Program-made: the position numbers and the translations under genes
Virus record (IMG/VR): IMGVR_UViG_3300042906_000857
Location: 3,297-67,296 of that record
Strand: one strand, 5' to 3'
DNA: 64,000 bases
Source of the DNA: a virus
Taxonomy: Duplodnaviria > Heunggongvirae > Uroviricota > Caudoviricetes
Notes under the pieces: generated by a model
Database searches by the model: none
What the model saw: only the letters and a program-made list of their open reading frames with translations
Told to the model about the DNA's origin: nothing
In this document: positions 52,380-61,968 of the stretch, in pieces
Numbering within the stretch: the stretch's first letter is position 1
How the letters are laid out: each line of letters starts with the position of its first letter

Positions 52380-54185
52380 TCAACCTTCACAAGCAATACA
52401 ATCATTACCTTGTGCTACCTGGATCATGTCCAGTTCTTTAATAACTTGACGTTCAATCTTCTTAGATACCTTATCTGCCTTACCAATCTTTTCTGAACGG
52501 CAGTAGTAAAGAGTCTTTAATCCTTTTTTCCACGCCATGAAATGTATTGCGTGAATATACTTAATGTGTGCATCTGGACGGAAGAATAAATTCAACGATT
52601 GTGCTTGGTCGATATACACTTGTCTATCAGCTGCAAGTTCAATCACCCAACGCTGGTCAATTTCCATTGAAGTTTTAAATACAGCTTTCTCATTCTCATT
52701 TAAAATATCCAAATGTTGAACGGAACCATCATTAGCAATAATACTGGACCAAACATCATTATACTCATCAGTAGATATTGTTCCACTCTCACTTGATAAT
52801 TTACTTTCAATGAGTCTATTCAACCATTTATTCTTAGTTAACGATGACCCCGATAAAGTGTCCTGCCTATAAGCATTAGCACGATAAGGTTCGACACTAG
52901 GAGAAGTATTTCCCATAATGATAGACGAAGAAGCATTTGGAGCGATAGCCATGAGATGACTGAAACGTTGACCAGTACCACGAGCATCAGGAGCTTCCCC
53001 ACGTTCTCTTCCCAAAATTTGATTAGCTTCATCTAATCCCTCTCTTATCGTTTTAAAGATTTTGTTGTTTGCGACTTTCGCCATAACACCCTCGAAAGCA
53101 ATACCATTGCGCTGAAGGTAAGCATGAAACCCGAGAGCGCCAATACCAATGCTTCGCTCAAGTGCTGCTGAGTATCTGGCCCGCTGAATAACATCAGGAG
53201 CGTTATCAATAAAATGCTGTAATACGTTGTCGAGCATTTCAGCAACGTCTTTAAGGAATAATTTGTTGTCTTTCCATTCATCATAAGTCTCCAAATTCAA
53301 AGATGAGAGACAACACACTGCGGTGCGTTCCTCATTCGTTGGTAATATAATCTCAGAACATAAATTAGATTGATGTATTTTAAGGCCTTTGTCTTTTAAG
53401 AACTGTGGCAAAAATCTATTACTAGTATCAATGAAGTGTATATATGGTTCACCTGTATGCATACGCAATTCAAGTATTTGTTGCCATAAGTGTTTTGCTG
53501 AAACAACTTCACGTACTTCACCAGAATGTGGATCTTTTAATTCCCAATCATCATTAGCTTCAGGATCAATCATGCAGTTTTCAATAATTTGCATGAAGTC
53601 ATCGGTGATGTTGATACCGTGGTGCATGTTCATACAACGCACATTTGGATCACCTGTTGGTTTTCTCATTTCTAAAAATGCAATAAGGTCCGGATGGGAA
53701 ATATCAAGATAAGCAGCATAACTGCCTCTACGAGTCCGGCCTTGTCTGTAAGCAAGAGAAGATGCATCATAGATTTTAAGGTGTGGCATAACTCCGGTAG
53801 ATTTGTCATCTGCACTACGAATGCCGAAACCGATACCAACACCGCCACCAAACATGCTAAGCCAATTAGTTTCCGACAGGTTGTTAACCAATCCTTCAGC
53901 TGTATCTTCTACGTAATTAAGAAAACAAGAGATTGGTAATCCACGTTTGGAACGACCATAAGATAAAATTGGTGTAGAATATGACAACCAATGATTAGAT
54001 GAATAATCATATAAACGTTGAGCGTGTTCCTTATTGGTGCCAAAAGCCGATGAAACATATGCAAATCGTTGTTGCGGAGATTCCTCATCTTCACGCATAT
54101 ATGATTCTTTGAGTCGTTTTAATCCCAACTCATCAAACATCTTATCTTTTTCTAAATCTATCTTTATACCTAGATATTCTTCCAT
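52380..54185 (-). CDS. nrdA: Ribonucleotide reductase large (alpha) subunit, ATP-cone-less class I-like
   Basis: NLCSEI active-site Cys/Glu motif, LSSLNL, and the C-terminal CIACEG redox pair. It is co-located with nrdB. Confidence 0.75.
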   Translation of the reverse strand: MEEYLGIKIDLEKDKMFDELGLKRLKESYMREDEESPQQRFAYVSSAFGTNKEHAQRLYDYSSNHWLSYSTPILSYGRSKRGLPISCFLNYVEDTAEGLVNNLSETNWLSMFGGGVGIGFGIRSADDKSTGVMPHLKIYDASSLAYRQGRTRRGSYAAYLDISHPDLIAFLEMRKPTGDPNVRCMNMHHGINITDDFMQIIENCMIDPEANDDWELKDPHSGEVREVVSAKHLWQQILELRMHTGEPYIHFIDTSNRFLPQFLKDKGLKIHQSNLCSEIILPTNEERTAVCCLSSLNLETYDEWKDNKLFLKDVAEMLDNVLQHFIDNAPDVIQRARYSAALERSIGIGALGFHAYLQRNGIAFEGVMAKVANNKIFKTIREGLDEANQILGRERGEAPDARGTGQRFSHLMAIAPNASSSIIMGNTSPSVEPYRANAYRQDTLSGSSLTKNKWLNRLIESKLSSESGTISTDEYNDVWSSIIANDGSVQHLDILNENEKAVFKTSMEIDQRWVIELAADRQVYIDQAQSLNLFFRPDAHIKYIHAIHFMAWKKGLKTLYYCRSEKIGKADKVSKKIERQVIKELDMIQVAQGNDCIACEG

Positions 54186-54199
54186 TTTTTACCTTATAA

Positions 54200-54556
54200 T
54201 TATTTTAAAATTGATTTAATATTGGGTGGTGTCCAACCTTCAGGTTTTAACACTTTGCCATCTTCACGCTTTAGGACTTTACCATTGGTACTAATTTTTG
54301 CCAAGTTGCTGCGAGCAACTTCATTCCAAATTTCTTGTTGTGGAAGATTCAATGTAATTTCCAAACCTTCAATTACCCATTTCAAATCTGCACAAGCATC
54401 TGCTATTTCTACTCTATCTCTGTTACCATAAGCTGTAACCAATTCTCTAAATTCCTCCACAATTAAATCAACATACAACTCAGATTGCGGACCAAAATCT
54501 CTTTTTGTTTGGTCACAAGCATTCATGAAAGTTAAAACGTCATTATTGCTATTCAT
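54200..54556 (-). CDS. mazG: MazG-family nucleoside triphosphate pyrophosphohydrolase
   Basis: LIVEEFRELVTA...EIADACADL EExxE/D-type MazG motifs. The size is typical of marine phage MazG. Confidence 0.55.
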   Translation of the reverse strand: MNSNNDVLTFMNACDQTKRDFGPQSELYVDLIVEEFRELVTAYGNRDRVEIADACADLKWVIEGLEITLNLPQQEIWNEVARSNLAKISTNGKVLKREDGKVLKPEGWTPPNIKSILK

Positions 54557-55196
54557 TGATATATTCCTTAATCATTGGGAAAATAGGATAAATTGCCGCA
54601 GCGCAAGCTAAAGCAACTTCTTGGTGTTCTTTTTGTGTACCATTTGCGCTACGGAGTTGTATATAGTGTACCCAACTACGCAACGTTCCATGCATATACA
54701 AACGTGAACCTGTCATACCTTCAGGCAATACTGCTCTCGCCTGTTCTTTAGCAATACCATTATCTAAAGCCCACTGATACGTATCTAAAATTTCATCCAT
54801 GACCTGATTTTGCCGTTGGCGCCAAGTTTCGGATAATTTTTCATCATCAGTCTCAATACTATTCTGTCTATTCTTTGTATCCTGTAAACGACATTCACGA
54901 ACTTCAAAACCAAGTTGTGATGCATCAGCATAACGCTGACTAAATTCCTGAAATGAAAAGGAACGGTGACGCAAAATTTGTCTTGCAATATCTCTTGTTG
55001 TTTCTATCTCCAGACAGACGCCGACCATTTCTAGTGGTGACCAATGCTGGTTTTTGATAAGATACCGAACCAACTTTTCGGAAGTCTCGGTATTATTTTG
55101 ATTGGTAGGATTTGAGACTCTGGCTGCATATGCAACCTGATCCAACAAATTCTTTCCGTCTGCGCCTTGTGTGTACGATATCAATTTTACTTGCAT
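54549..55196 (-). CDS. thyX: Flavin-dependent thymidylate synthase ThyX
   Basis: RHRSFSFQEFSQRY matches the ThyX RHRxxSxxxxSxRY signature. Confidence 0.85.
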   Translation of the reverse strand: MQVKLISYTQGADGKNLLDQVAYAARVSNPTNQNNTETSEKLVRYLIKNQHWSPLEMVGVCLEIETTRDIARQILRHRSFSFQEFSQRYADASQLGFEVRECRLQDTKNRQNSIETDDEKLSETWRQRQNQVMDEILDTYQWALDNGIAKEQARAVLPEGMTGSRLYMHGTLRSWVHYIQLRSANGTQKEHQEVALACAAAIYPIFPMIKEYINE

Positions 55197-55211
55197 AACA
55201 AAATCTCCAGT

Positions 55212-56225
55212 TTATGTCTTTTTCCAGTTAATAAATTCCATCTTAGCTCTGAGATTTACAAAGGTATTCTTACTTATGATATCTTGAATTTCATCTGGTG
55301 AGAAACCATTTAGTACCATCTCATTAACATCTTTCTCAACAATCATTTCAGGCCAAATTACCACATTGTAGTGATCTTCAATAGCCTTCTCCATCTGCTT
55401 ATGTAGTTCTTTATTCCGTGGTTCATTATCATACACCAATACAATTTTGGTCTTGTCATAATGCTTTGCTGCTGATACTAAATTTGCATCCGCAGTAGCC
55501 ACGGCGTTGATTAGAAACATGGAGTCAATAGGACCTTCCACGACATAAATCATTTCGTCCAGGTCGATCCTATCAACGCCAAATAACTTCTGATTGTCAT
55601 CGTTTGTCTTTAGTGTAATGTATCTAAGTTTAGATTCACCCAATGCACGACCTTGGAAGGCCACAAGATTCTTTTCTTCATCATAGAAAGGAATTACCAG
55701 TCGTGGATCATCTTCTCTAAGACCATCATTTTCTATACCCAATGCATCTACAAACTTTTTGAAATCTGCGGCATAATACAAGTCACTATGAAAATCTTTT
55801 GGTATATTTCGTGATTGAACATAAACCTTGGCGTAATGTTCTTCTGGTAATGATTCAATAGAAGGAATTTCCAATTTCTTTTTGAATTTGGGTGTTTCCG
55901 TTTTAAATTCTTCCATTGTGGGTTTGGCATAATTACTTTTACCATCATCACCATTTTTATACCGTTCTAGTGCATATTCTTTGACTAGATTGGGATCCAC
56001 TTTTTCTAGGAAATTGTAAAACGATGTTGATGCACCACAGTTGTGACACATATAGAAGTAATCGTTCTTTTTGCGGAAAACATAACCACGGCATTTGGTT
56101 TTGTTTTTGGTTGAGTCGCCACAGAGAGGACACCTGAAGTTGAACAGGTCCGTCTTTTTCTGTGTGAATCTTTGGAGCTTGGGAGACACCCTCAATAAGA
56201 AGGTGCGGTCAATGAATACGGACAT
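55212..56225 (-). CDS. gp61: DNA primase, T4 gp61 family (zinc ribbon + Toprim)
   Basis: FNFRCPLCGDSTKNKTKCRGY matches T4 LRFRCPVCGDSKTDQNKARGW. RLVIPFYDEEKNLVAFQGRAL matches RLVIPIYNANGKAESFQGRAL. Toprim YVVEGPIDSMF. Confidence 0.8.
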   Translation of the reverse strand: MSVFIDRTFLLRVSPKLQRFTQKKTDLFNFRCPLCGDSTKNKTKCRGYVFRKKNDYFYMCHNCGASTSFYNFLEKVDPNLVKEYALERYKNGDDGKSNYAKPTMEEFKTETPKFKKKLEIPSIESLPEEHYAKVYVQSRNIPKDFHSDLYYAADFKKFVDALGIENDGLREDDPRLVIPFYDEEKNLVAFQGRALGESKLRYITLKTNDDNQKLFGVDRIDLDEMIYVVEGPIDSMFLINAVATADANLVSAAKHYDKTKIVLVYDNEPRNKELHKQMEKAIEDHYNVVIWPEMIVEKDVNEMVLNGFSPDEIQDIISKNTFVNLRAKMEFINWKKT

Positions 56226-56243
56226 AACAAAATAGAAAGGGTT

Positions 56244-56675
56244 TTACATTAGTTTAGACAGTATATCAAAATTAACGTGAGAAAGCAACCATGCAAGCAC
56301 AAGAATGCCACCAGCTGCTGTCCATTTCCATTCCAGGATTTTTTGGAGTTCCGAATCTTCTTTTTTATTGTGTTCAGAAATATCATTACGCAATGATTTT
56401 ATTTCTTGCATAATACGGCGTTCGGTTAATTCAATTTTATCCGATAGATTACGATCTGTTGTCGTTATTCGGGAATGTAAATCCTTAATATCGGTTATGG
56501 TATCTTGTTTTCTCTTGTCCATGTCGTTATAAATTTGATTAACTAATTGATCTTGACTTGTCATCAATCTATCTATGACATTATCCATCTTATTACACAA
56601 TTGTGTAATTGTCTGAACTTGGGTTTTCAAAACGCCAACGTCCACCTTCATATCGATAATGTCATCAGTAGCCAT
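56244..56675 (-). CDS. Coiled-coil protein with a C-terminal TM anchor (143 aa)
   Basis: ORF with a C-terminal hydrophobic WTAAGGILVLAWLL segment. Confidence 0.3.
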   Translation of the reverse strand: MATDDIIDMKVDVGVLKTQVQTITQLCNKMDNVIDRLMTSQDQLVNQIYNDMDKRKQDTITDIKDLHSRITTTDRNLSDKIELTERRIMQEIKSLRNDISEHNKKEDSELQKILEWKWTAAGGILVLAWLLSHVNFDILSKLM

Positions 56676-56676
56676 T

Positions 56677-56892
56677 TTATTTCTTTACAGGAACTGCTGT
56701 GCCTTCAAGTTTTTTATGTACTTTAATTTTTTTACATTCTTGTACAACTTTACCAGCTTTCATAACCGGTTTACCGGCCTTATCAACTTTATCTTTACAT
56801 ACTTCTTTTACTTCAGCAGCAAAAACATTATTATTGAATGCTGGAAATGTGAAACCGGCAATCAGACAAATAGCGTAGAATAAATTTTTCAT
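56677..56892 (-). CDS. Small secreted Lys-rich protein (71 aa) with a signal peptide
   Basis: N-terminal MKNLFYAICLIAGFTFPAFN. Confidence 0.3.
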   Translation of the reverse strand: MKNLFYAICLIAGFTFPAFNNNVFAAEVKEVCKDKVDKAGKPVMKAGKVVQECKKIKVHKKLEGTAVPVKK

Positions 56893-56904
56893 TCGATAAC
56901 TCCA

Positions 56905-57339
56905 TTAAATTTCAGGTTGTGGTGCAGGTGGTGGCATAGTTTTACCACCGTAACCGGTTAATACTTGAGTAGGTGGTGCAGCTAACACAACTGGCGCAGA
57001 AACCACGGATGGAGTAGCAACAGGAGTTACGGATGCAATAGGTGTATTTATTGTTGTGGGAACTACAGTGCCTTTGTCAGCACCAGCAATCTTTTCTTGT
57101 GTACGACCAAACGCAGCAATACCAAGTACAGCACCCATGGCCAAATGGAACAAACCTGCACCTTGTAGTGTCAAAGGATTCCATTGAGTGATGGGTTGTT
57201 TAGTTAATACTTGTAACACACTCCACAATACGGGAAATATGGCCATGTCCAACATACAAACAATCATGTACATCCAACCCATAGCTGGGCGCCACTTTTT
57301 TTGCATCCAATCTTCGTCTTTTTTAACTTCTTCAGCCAT
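56905..57339 (-). CDS. Membrane protein downstream of the endolysin; candidate holin or spanin
   Basis: Two TM helices and a Pro/Val/Thr-rich C-terminal tail. Confidence 0.35.
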   Translation of the reverse strand: MAEEVKKDEDWMQKKWRPAMGWMYMIVCMLDMAIFPVLWSVLQVLTKQPITQWNPLTLQGAGLFHLAMGAVLGIAAFGRTQEKIAGADKGTVVPTTINTPIASVTPVATPSVVSAPVVLAAPPTQVLTGYGGKTMPPPAPQPEI

Positions 57340-57340
57340 A

Positions 57341-58006
57341 TTAAACTCCTAAAACATGTAATGCGTGTTCATAATGTTTAATACGGTCTTCGAGTCCGAT
57401 TGTTCCACCATTGATTCTTTTCGTCAATGTAAGTATATCACCTTTATCAGCCCACTGATTCAAATTATTTACTTCCCAAAACCAACAAGCAGATTGTGCA
57501 GCACCTTCAAAGGTTGCTAAGTATTCTGATGCTTCTTCTACGGAAATTTCTAACGATTCAGCAAAACGTGAATAGTTGTCTTTACCAGTCAACTGAATGA
57601 GTCCACGGCCGCAATACTTATAACCATCTCCAGATTGTTCATCGCCGTTGCCCATACGATTAGCATACACACGATTAGCAATCGCTGCTTGTTTATTAGG
57701 CATAGAACAATATGCACTTGCGAGTTCATCTGTTGGAAAATACTTTCCAAACAATTTACGTAGTGTTGCTGGCTTGTAGTTTAAGTTTTCTTTTAGTGCC
57801 GTGAATCCACCAGACTCATGTGAACATTGTGCTATGAAAGCTGCAATGCGTTCGGCAGTGTTTATCTCATAATCCGGCAACAATTGAGACAATGCATGAT
57901 GCCAGTGTTCAACGTATGGATTTTTTGGAAGTAATTCTTTTAATTGTTCTAATGTCAATTCCATTATTTCACACCCTCGAATATTATTTTTTGTATTTGA
58001 TACCAT
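57341..58006 (-). CDS. Endolysin, glycoside hydrolase family 19 (chitinase-like) type
   Basis: CSHESGGF...YKYCGRGLIQLTGKDNY matches the GH19 catalytic-region signature. Confidence 0.65.
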   Translation of the reverse strand: MVSNTKNNIRGCEIMELTLEQLKELLPKNPYVEHWHHALSQLLPDYEINTAERIAAFIAQCSHESGGFTALKENLNYKPATLRKLFGKYFPTDELASAYCSMPNKQAAIANRVYANRMGNGDEQSGDGYKYCGRGLIQLTGKDNYSRFAESLEISVEEASEYLATFEGAAQSACWFWEVNNLNQWADKGDILTLTKRINGGTIGLEDRIKHYEHALHVLGV

Positions 58007-58224
58007 TCAATAAATGCATCATTCTTCACAGCACAATCATAATATGTGGAGTAGTTAACCGTTACAGTTTTTGCAACATCACTCAACTTAGCTTCATCTC
58101 CCAACTTAGTCAGTTGTGGACATTTAACAAGTAGATGTGGTGGAACTTCTGGGAATTTGACCTTAACAGGTACTACTGTTGAACAACCAGAAAGTAGTAG
58201 TGCAATCAGTATTGTATATTTCAT
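57964..58224 (-). CDS. Outer-membrane lipoprotein, o-spanin-like (86 aa)
   Basis: Lipobox LLSGCST after a signal peptide; two further Cys. Confidence 0.4.
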   Translation of the reverse strand: MKYTILIALLLSGCSTVVPVKVKFPEVPPHLLVKCPQLTKLGDEAKLSDVAKTVTVNYSTYYDCAVKNDAFIEWYQIQKIIFEGVK

Positions 58225-58854
58225 TTAGCAATTCCATTTTCTCAAAGCGAGAGCTTTACGTGATGGTTCACCGTTTGGTTTCTTCATAGGTCCGTCCATG
58301 CCGCCCATTCTAGCACAAAATGATTTTCTACGTTTTGCTGCTTTGGAATCTGGATCAAGTTTTGATGGTTTGGTTGTAACAGCCATTGATAACTTTGATC
58401 CAGGATTTGCTGCACGATATGAGGCAATTCCTTTACGGTTTAAACCGCCTTCAGGATTCTTACCTTCCTTGCGTGTCCATGCAGCAGTCTCATCTATCTC
58501 AACTTCTTCATTTTTACTAGACATGTAACCAGCAGAGGTTTCAATATAATCGGCAGCTAATGTTACTTTGGATTGAACCCAAGCAGGAACCTGCATTTTT
58601 GGATCTTTAACTACTTCACGCATCATATCAATAGAACGTTGCATTTGATTCAGTTGATTCATAATCATACTGCCTTCATCATCCATTTCTTTACCCATGG
58701 CAATAGCAATATGATTTTCACCTAATTCAACTTCTTCCGGTACACAATTAGGTACAGTATTACCATTCTTCTTTTTTGTTCCAACAGGTTTGTAACCAAC
58801 CCAGCACGGATTGTCTGTTCTTAATGATTCTGAAAATTCTTTAAACTTCTTCAT
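58225..58854 (-). CDS. Hypothetical basic protein (start moved to the internal MKKFKEF)
   Basis: The shorter start abuts the upstream stop at 58851. Confidence 0.3.
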   Translation of the reverse strand: MKKFKEFSESLRTDNPCWVGYKPVGTKKKNGNTVPNCVPEEVELGENHIAIAMGKEMDDEGSMIMNQLNQMQRSIDMMREVVKDPKMQVPAWVQSKVTLAADYIETSAGYMSSKNEEVEIDETAAWTRKEGKNPEGGLNRKGIASYRAANPGSKLSMAVTTKPSKLDPDSKAAKRRKSFCARMGGMDGPMKKPNGEPSRKALALRKWNC

Positions 58855-59264
58855 TTTGGTTGCTCCGCTGCTTTGTTGTGTGCAATGACAAATTCTTTTG
58901 GTATTACACAAGTTGTATCATATTTAACAACTTCTCTATCAACATATGTTACAATGTCTGCACCACGTTCTCTAATCAACTGTTGTTTGACAATGACCTT
59001 CTGTGTAATTTTGGCTGACTGTTCTACAGATTCTTTTTCAGCCTTTGCAACTTTTGCTTCCATCTCAGCAACACGTTCACGCCAAACTTGTTCGTTTGAA
59101 ATACCACCAACCATGTACACACCAAACAGAAGGAGAGCCACTAAGGCCAATCTAACAATTGTTCTGTACATATCTGGAACGAATTTACTTATAACTAGTC
59201 CAAAACCACTCCAAAGAACTAGTGCGTAGAATATCCAGTCAGGAAGAAACTTCAATAACCACAT
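58851..59264 (-). CDS. N-terminal TM plus coiled-coil protein, i-spanin-like (137 aa)
   Basis: TM helices at the N-terminus, then a charged helical region. Confidence 0.35.
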   Translation of the reverse strand: MWLLKFLPDWIFYALVLWSGFGLVISKFVPDMYRTIVRLALVALLLFGVYMVGGISNEQVWRERVAEMEAKVAKAEKESVEQSAKITQKVIVKQQLIRERGADIVTYVDREVVKYDTTCVIPKEFVIAHNKAAEQPK

Positions 59265-59265
59265 G

Positions 59266-59478
59266 TTACATCTTTGGTTGTTTGCGTTTCAGAAATGACA
59301 TTACTGGAGTTCTTTTCTTAGAAACACCAGGTTCTCCGCCTGTACCACCTGATCCGGCAATTGCACCAGAACCAACAACATTTGTTGGTGCAGCTGACAT
59401 GGCTTCTTCATTTGTTTTTTTTCTAGTCTGAACATTGATGGATTCATCTTGATTTGTGTATTCGATAAATTTCTTCAT
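59266..59478 (-). CDS. Hypothetical protein (70 aa)
   Basis: ORF only. Confidence 0.3.
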   Translation of the reverse strand: MKKFIEYTNQDESINVQTRKKTNEEAMSAAPTNVVGSGAIAGSGGTGGEPGVSKKRTPVMSFLKRKQPKM

Positions 59479-59861
59479 ATTCTTCTTAATATTTCTAAAA
59501 CGTTTATATCTAAAGGTATCTCCGAGGATAATATAGTTTTACCATTTATACCATAAACAAAATCTGGCATAATATCCAAATAACTCAAAAATGTTTTCAG
59601 TATATCATAATCACGTTCATCTGTTTTATAAAATAATATTCTTGCGGTAGCTTCTGTTCCAAAAACATTATTCAATAAAATAATGTGATTTATTATCAAA
59701 CGTTCTTTAAGAGATTTCGTTATTTTATATCTACGAAACAATCTTTTCAGGTACTTCGTTCTTTTGATATCTCCATCAAATTCAGACATAATACAATGCG
59801 GTGATGTGTAGCACTTCATTGCGTACAACATAAAATTATCTTCATTCAAATTTTGAAACAT
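59475..59861 (-). CDS. Hypothetical protein (128 aa)
   Basis: ORF. A GC hairpin lies 11 nt upstream of its ATG. Confidence 0.3.
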   Translation of the reverse strand: MFQNLNEDNFMLYAMKCYTSPHCIMSEFDGDIKRTKYLKRLFRRYKITKSLKERLIINHIILLNNVFGTEATARILFYKTDERDYDILKTFLSYLDIMPDFVYGINGKTILSSEIPLDINVLEILRRI

Positions 59862-59868
59862 ATTGAAA

Positions 59869-59889
59869 AGGGGGTAGTTAACCCCCTTG
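59869..59889 (-). promoter_or_regulatory. Second copy of the AAGGGGG...CCCCCTT hairpin (loop tagttaa)
   Basis: Same 7-bp G/C arms as 12799-12819. On the minus strand it is followed by TTTTCAATATG, the start of the downstream gene. Confidence 0.4.
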
Positions 59890-59893
59890 TTAA

Positions 59894-60763
59894 TTAAGCG
59901 TCAGGTAAAGTAATATCGTCTGAACCGTCACCAATTGGATTAGCCAAGGCAACAAGAGTTTCAAACTGAACACGTCCTGCACGGCCGCCGGATCCAACTG
60001 TTTTTATGTTCCAACCAATATGTGTTGCGTGTTCTGCACCACCTTGTGATTGACTCAATCCACGGCTTGCAATAGCAGTAGCACGTACACCATCAACGAT
60101 TGTCAAGTATTGACCAGTTTCGCCGGTTGAAGTCAAATCGATTGTACTGTTATTTGCAGCATTCGCAGCAGAAGTTGACAATTTAAATCTATTTGCATCA
60201 ACTGGAGCAACAAAATAAGTTGTACCATTTAACAAACCAGTGATGTTTGCAGAACCACCCCAATTAAACACAACCGCAGCAGCATTTGCTTGACCATGGC
60301 CAGTGTACATAATTGTATCGTTAGCTGCAATGACTGCCGCTGTAGGAACAGTGATAACAGGTACTTGAAGTGTAACTGCTGGAGTAGATGTGTAACCAAC
60401 ACCAGTATTTGCAACCACAATGTTACTGATTTTTCCACCAGCGATTTGGGCAGTTGCACTGGCACTATATGCACCAGCGCTTGAAGCAATAGTAACACTA
60501 GGTGCTTCAACATATCCAGCACCTTGATTTGACAATGAGATATCTACTACATTGTCACCACCAGCAGTGGTTTCTGTGGAATCTACCATAAACAATCCAA
60601 CAGTCATACCTTGTGTATATGCCTGAAATTGTGTGTTACCATACAACAATGCAACGTTTGCTGCTGTTGGTGCGGATGCGGCTGGTGCATTTGTTGAAAC
60701 TACTGTCTCAACAGCCCAATATGGTGCGTTAGCTGCGTTATCGTTATTTCCCCAAGATGACAT
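59894..60763 (-). CDS. Ala/Gly/Thr-rich structural protein (289 aa), tail-fibre/Ig-like character
   Basis: Composition and repetitive A/G/T/V/S-rich beta-type sequence. Confidence 0.35.
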   Translation of the reverse strand: MSSWGNNDNAANAPYWAVETVVSTNAPAASAPTAANVALLYGNTQFQAYTQGMTVGLFMVDSTETTAGGDNVVDISLSNQGAGYVEAPSVTIASSAGAYSASATAQIAGGKISNIVVANTGVGYTSTPAVTLQVPVITVPTAAVIAANDTIMYTGHGQANAAAVVFNWGGSANITGLLNGTTYFVAPVDANRFKLSTSAANAANNSTIDLTSTGETGQYLTIVDGVRATAIASRGLSQSQGGAEHATHIGWNIKTVGSGGRAGRVQFETLVALANPIGDGSDDITLPDA

Positions 60764-60794
60764 TTTATTCTCCTTTTAACCGAGGGTTATGTTA

Positions 60795-61817
60795 CTATTT
60801 ATACTTCTGTTGATTCTGGTCTGGTCTACGCATTTTCAGCATAGGGTCGATTTCTATCGTATCTCTTGCTTGTCCAGATAATGTTGTTCCACCTGTCATA
60901 ATTGCTGCGGCCTGAGGGTCTTCCTTGGTAGAATTTTCCTTAGGTTCTTGCAACTTCGGTTTCTTTCCATAAGTCGCAACAGATTTATCTTCTTTTTCGT
61001 GGTCGTAAATTTCTTCCTTCATGCCTTTACGTTTGTAGATATCTTTAATGATACGTGCAGACTTGGACATTTGAATTAATTTCTTGTTCTTATCAGTAGG
61101 CACAACATCATCAGGACTATTTGCACCGTCACCAGGTTGAGCGCAAGCCGCCATTGCATCCATGTTTTCCTTGACTTCTTTATGCTCTGGAAGTTGTCCT
61201 TTTGGTCCAGCCATCTTGCTTCTTGGACTGCGCTTGATTTTGTATTCACGGTTGGGACTAGTTCGCTTCATATTACCCATGATCTCTCGGGCTTGGGCCA
61301 CACTGTGATATGTTCCTTCTTTTTCACCGTCTCTGTGAATACTATAAACATGTTTAGGGTCGGGGGTGTGACCTAGTGTATAGTTAACAGATCCATCTGC
61401 GGCCGTGCCTTCCGCCATGCCTTGCTTGACTGGTTTGTCGTTTTTAGGAACAACCTTATAACGGCCGCCTTTGCCATAAGTGTCTGCAACCCATACAGTT
61501 TTCATTGGTCCTTGTTTGGCCTTTTCACCAACACGTTTGACCATATCCTGATAATCTGCACCATATTCTGCTTCTTTAGCTTCGTACATATGGTCTTTTT
61601 TCCATTTCAGAAATTCTCCTGATTTGGAATGTGAAACCTTTTGATTTTTGGATGCAAATTCTGGATTGAGGCCTCTAGATTTGAGAAAGGTATTCAATAC
61701 AGCATCTTCTGCAATGTTGGCCTTTGCGGACCACGGATCATTAGGATCAGTACCAAATGAAGGTTTTTCACCTGGACCTTTCTTGATGACCGATTTTAAA
61801 GTTTGTGCCTTACTCAT
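60795..61817 (-). CDS. Highly basic, Lys/Pro/Gly-rich predicted disordered protein (340 aa)
   Basis: Composition only. Confidence 0.35.
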   Translation of the reverse strand: MSKAQTLKSVIKKGPGEKPSFGTDPNDPWSAKANIAEDAVLNTFLKSRGLNPEFASKNQKVSHSKSGEFLKWKKDHMYEAKEAEYGADYQDMVKRVGEKAKQGPMKTVWVADTYGKGGRYKVVPKNDKPVKQGMAEGTAADGSVNYTLGHTPDPKHVYSIHRDGEKEGTYHSVAQAREIMGNMKRTSPNREYKIKRSPRSKMAGPKGQLPEHKEVKENMDAMAACAQPGDGANSPDDVVPTDKNKKLIQMSKSARIIKDIYKRKGMKEEIYDHEKEDKSVATYGKKPKLQEPKENSTKEDPQAAAIMTGGTTLSGQARDTIEIDPMLKMRRPDQNQQKYK

Positions 61818-61968
61818 TTTTTGTCCTATTTTGAACCAGTTGTTTTGCCTGCCATATCAGTTCTTATTTTCTTCAAAGATATTCTAGCCGTTTCTTTTGC
61901 ATTATCCAGTGGGACATTCATATCAGTTACAAAAGGTACTGAATCTCCCTCTGGATGCTTACCTTCAC

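Noticed and set aside
50400-54185. Self-splicing introns or inteins in nrdA/nrdB, as seen in T4-like RNR genes
   Set aside because: Both ORFs are continuous with conserved motifs in the expected order. No large insertions are apparent by eye. This is not excluded without alignment.
53389-54219. Plus-strand ORFs inside nrdA, and minus-strand internal ORFs 52838..53032 and 53045..53284
   Set aside because: They are fully embedded in a well-supported 601-aa RNR gene and have no independent signals.
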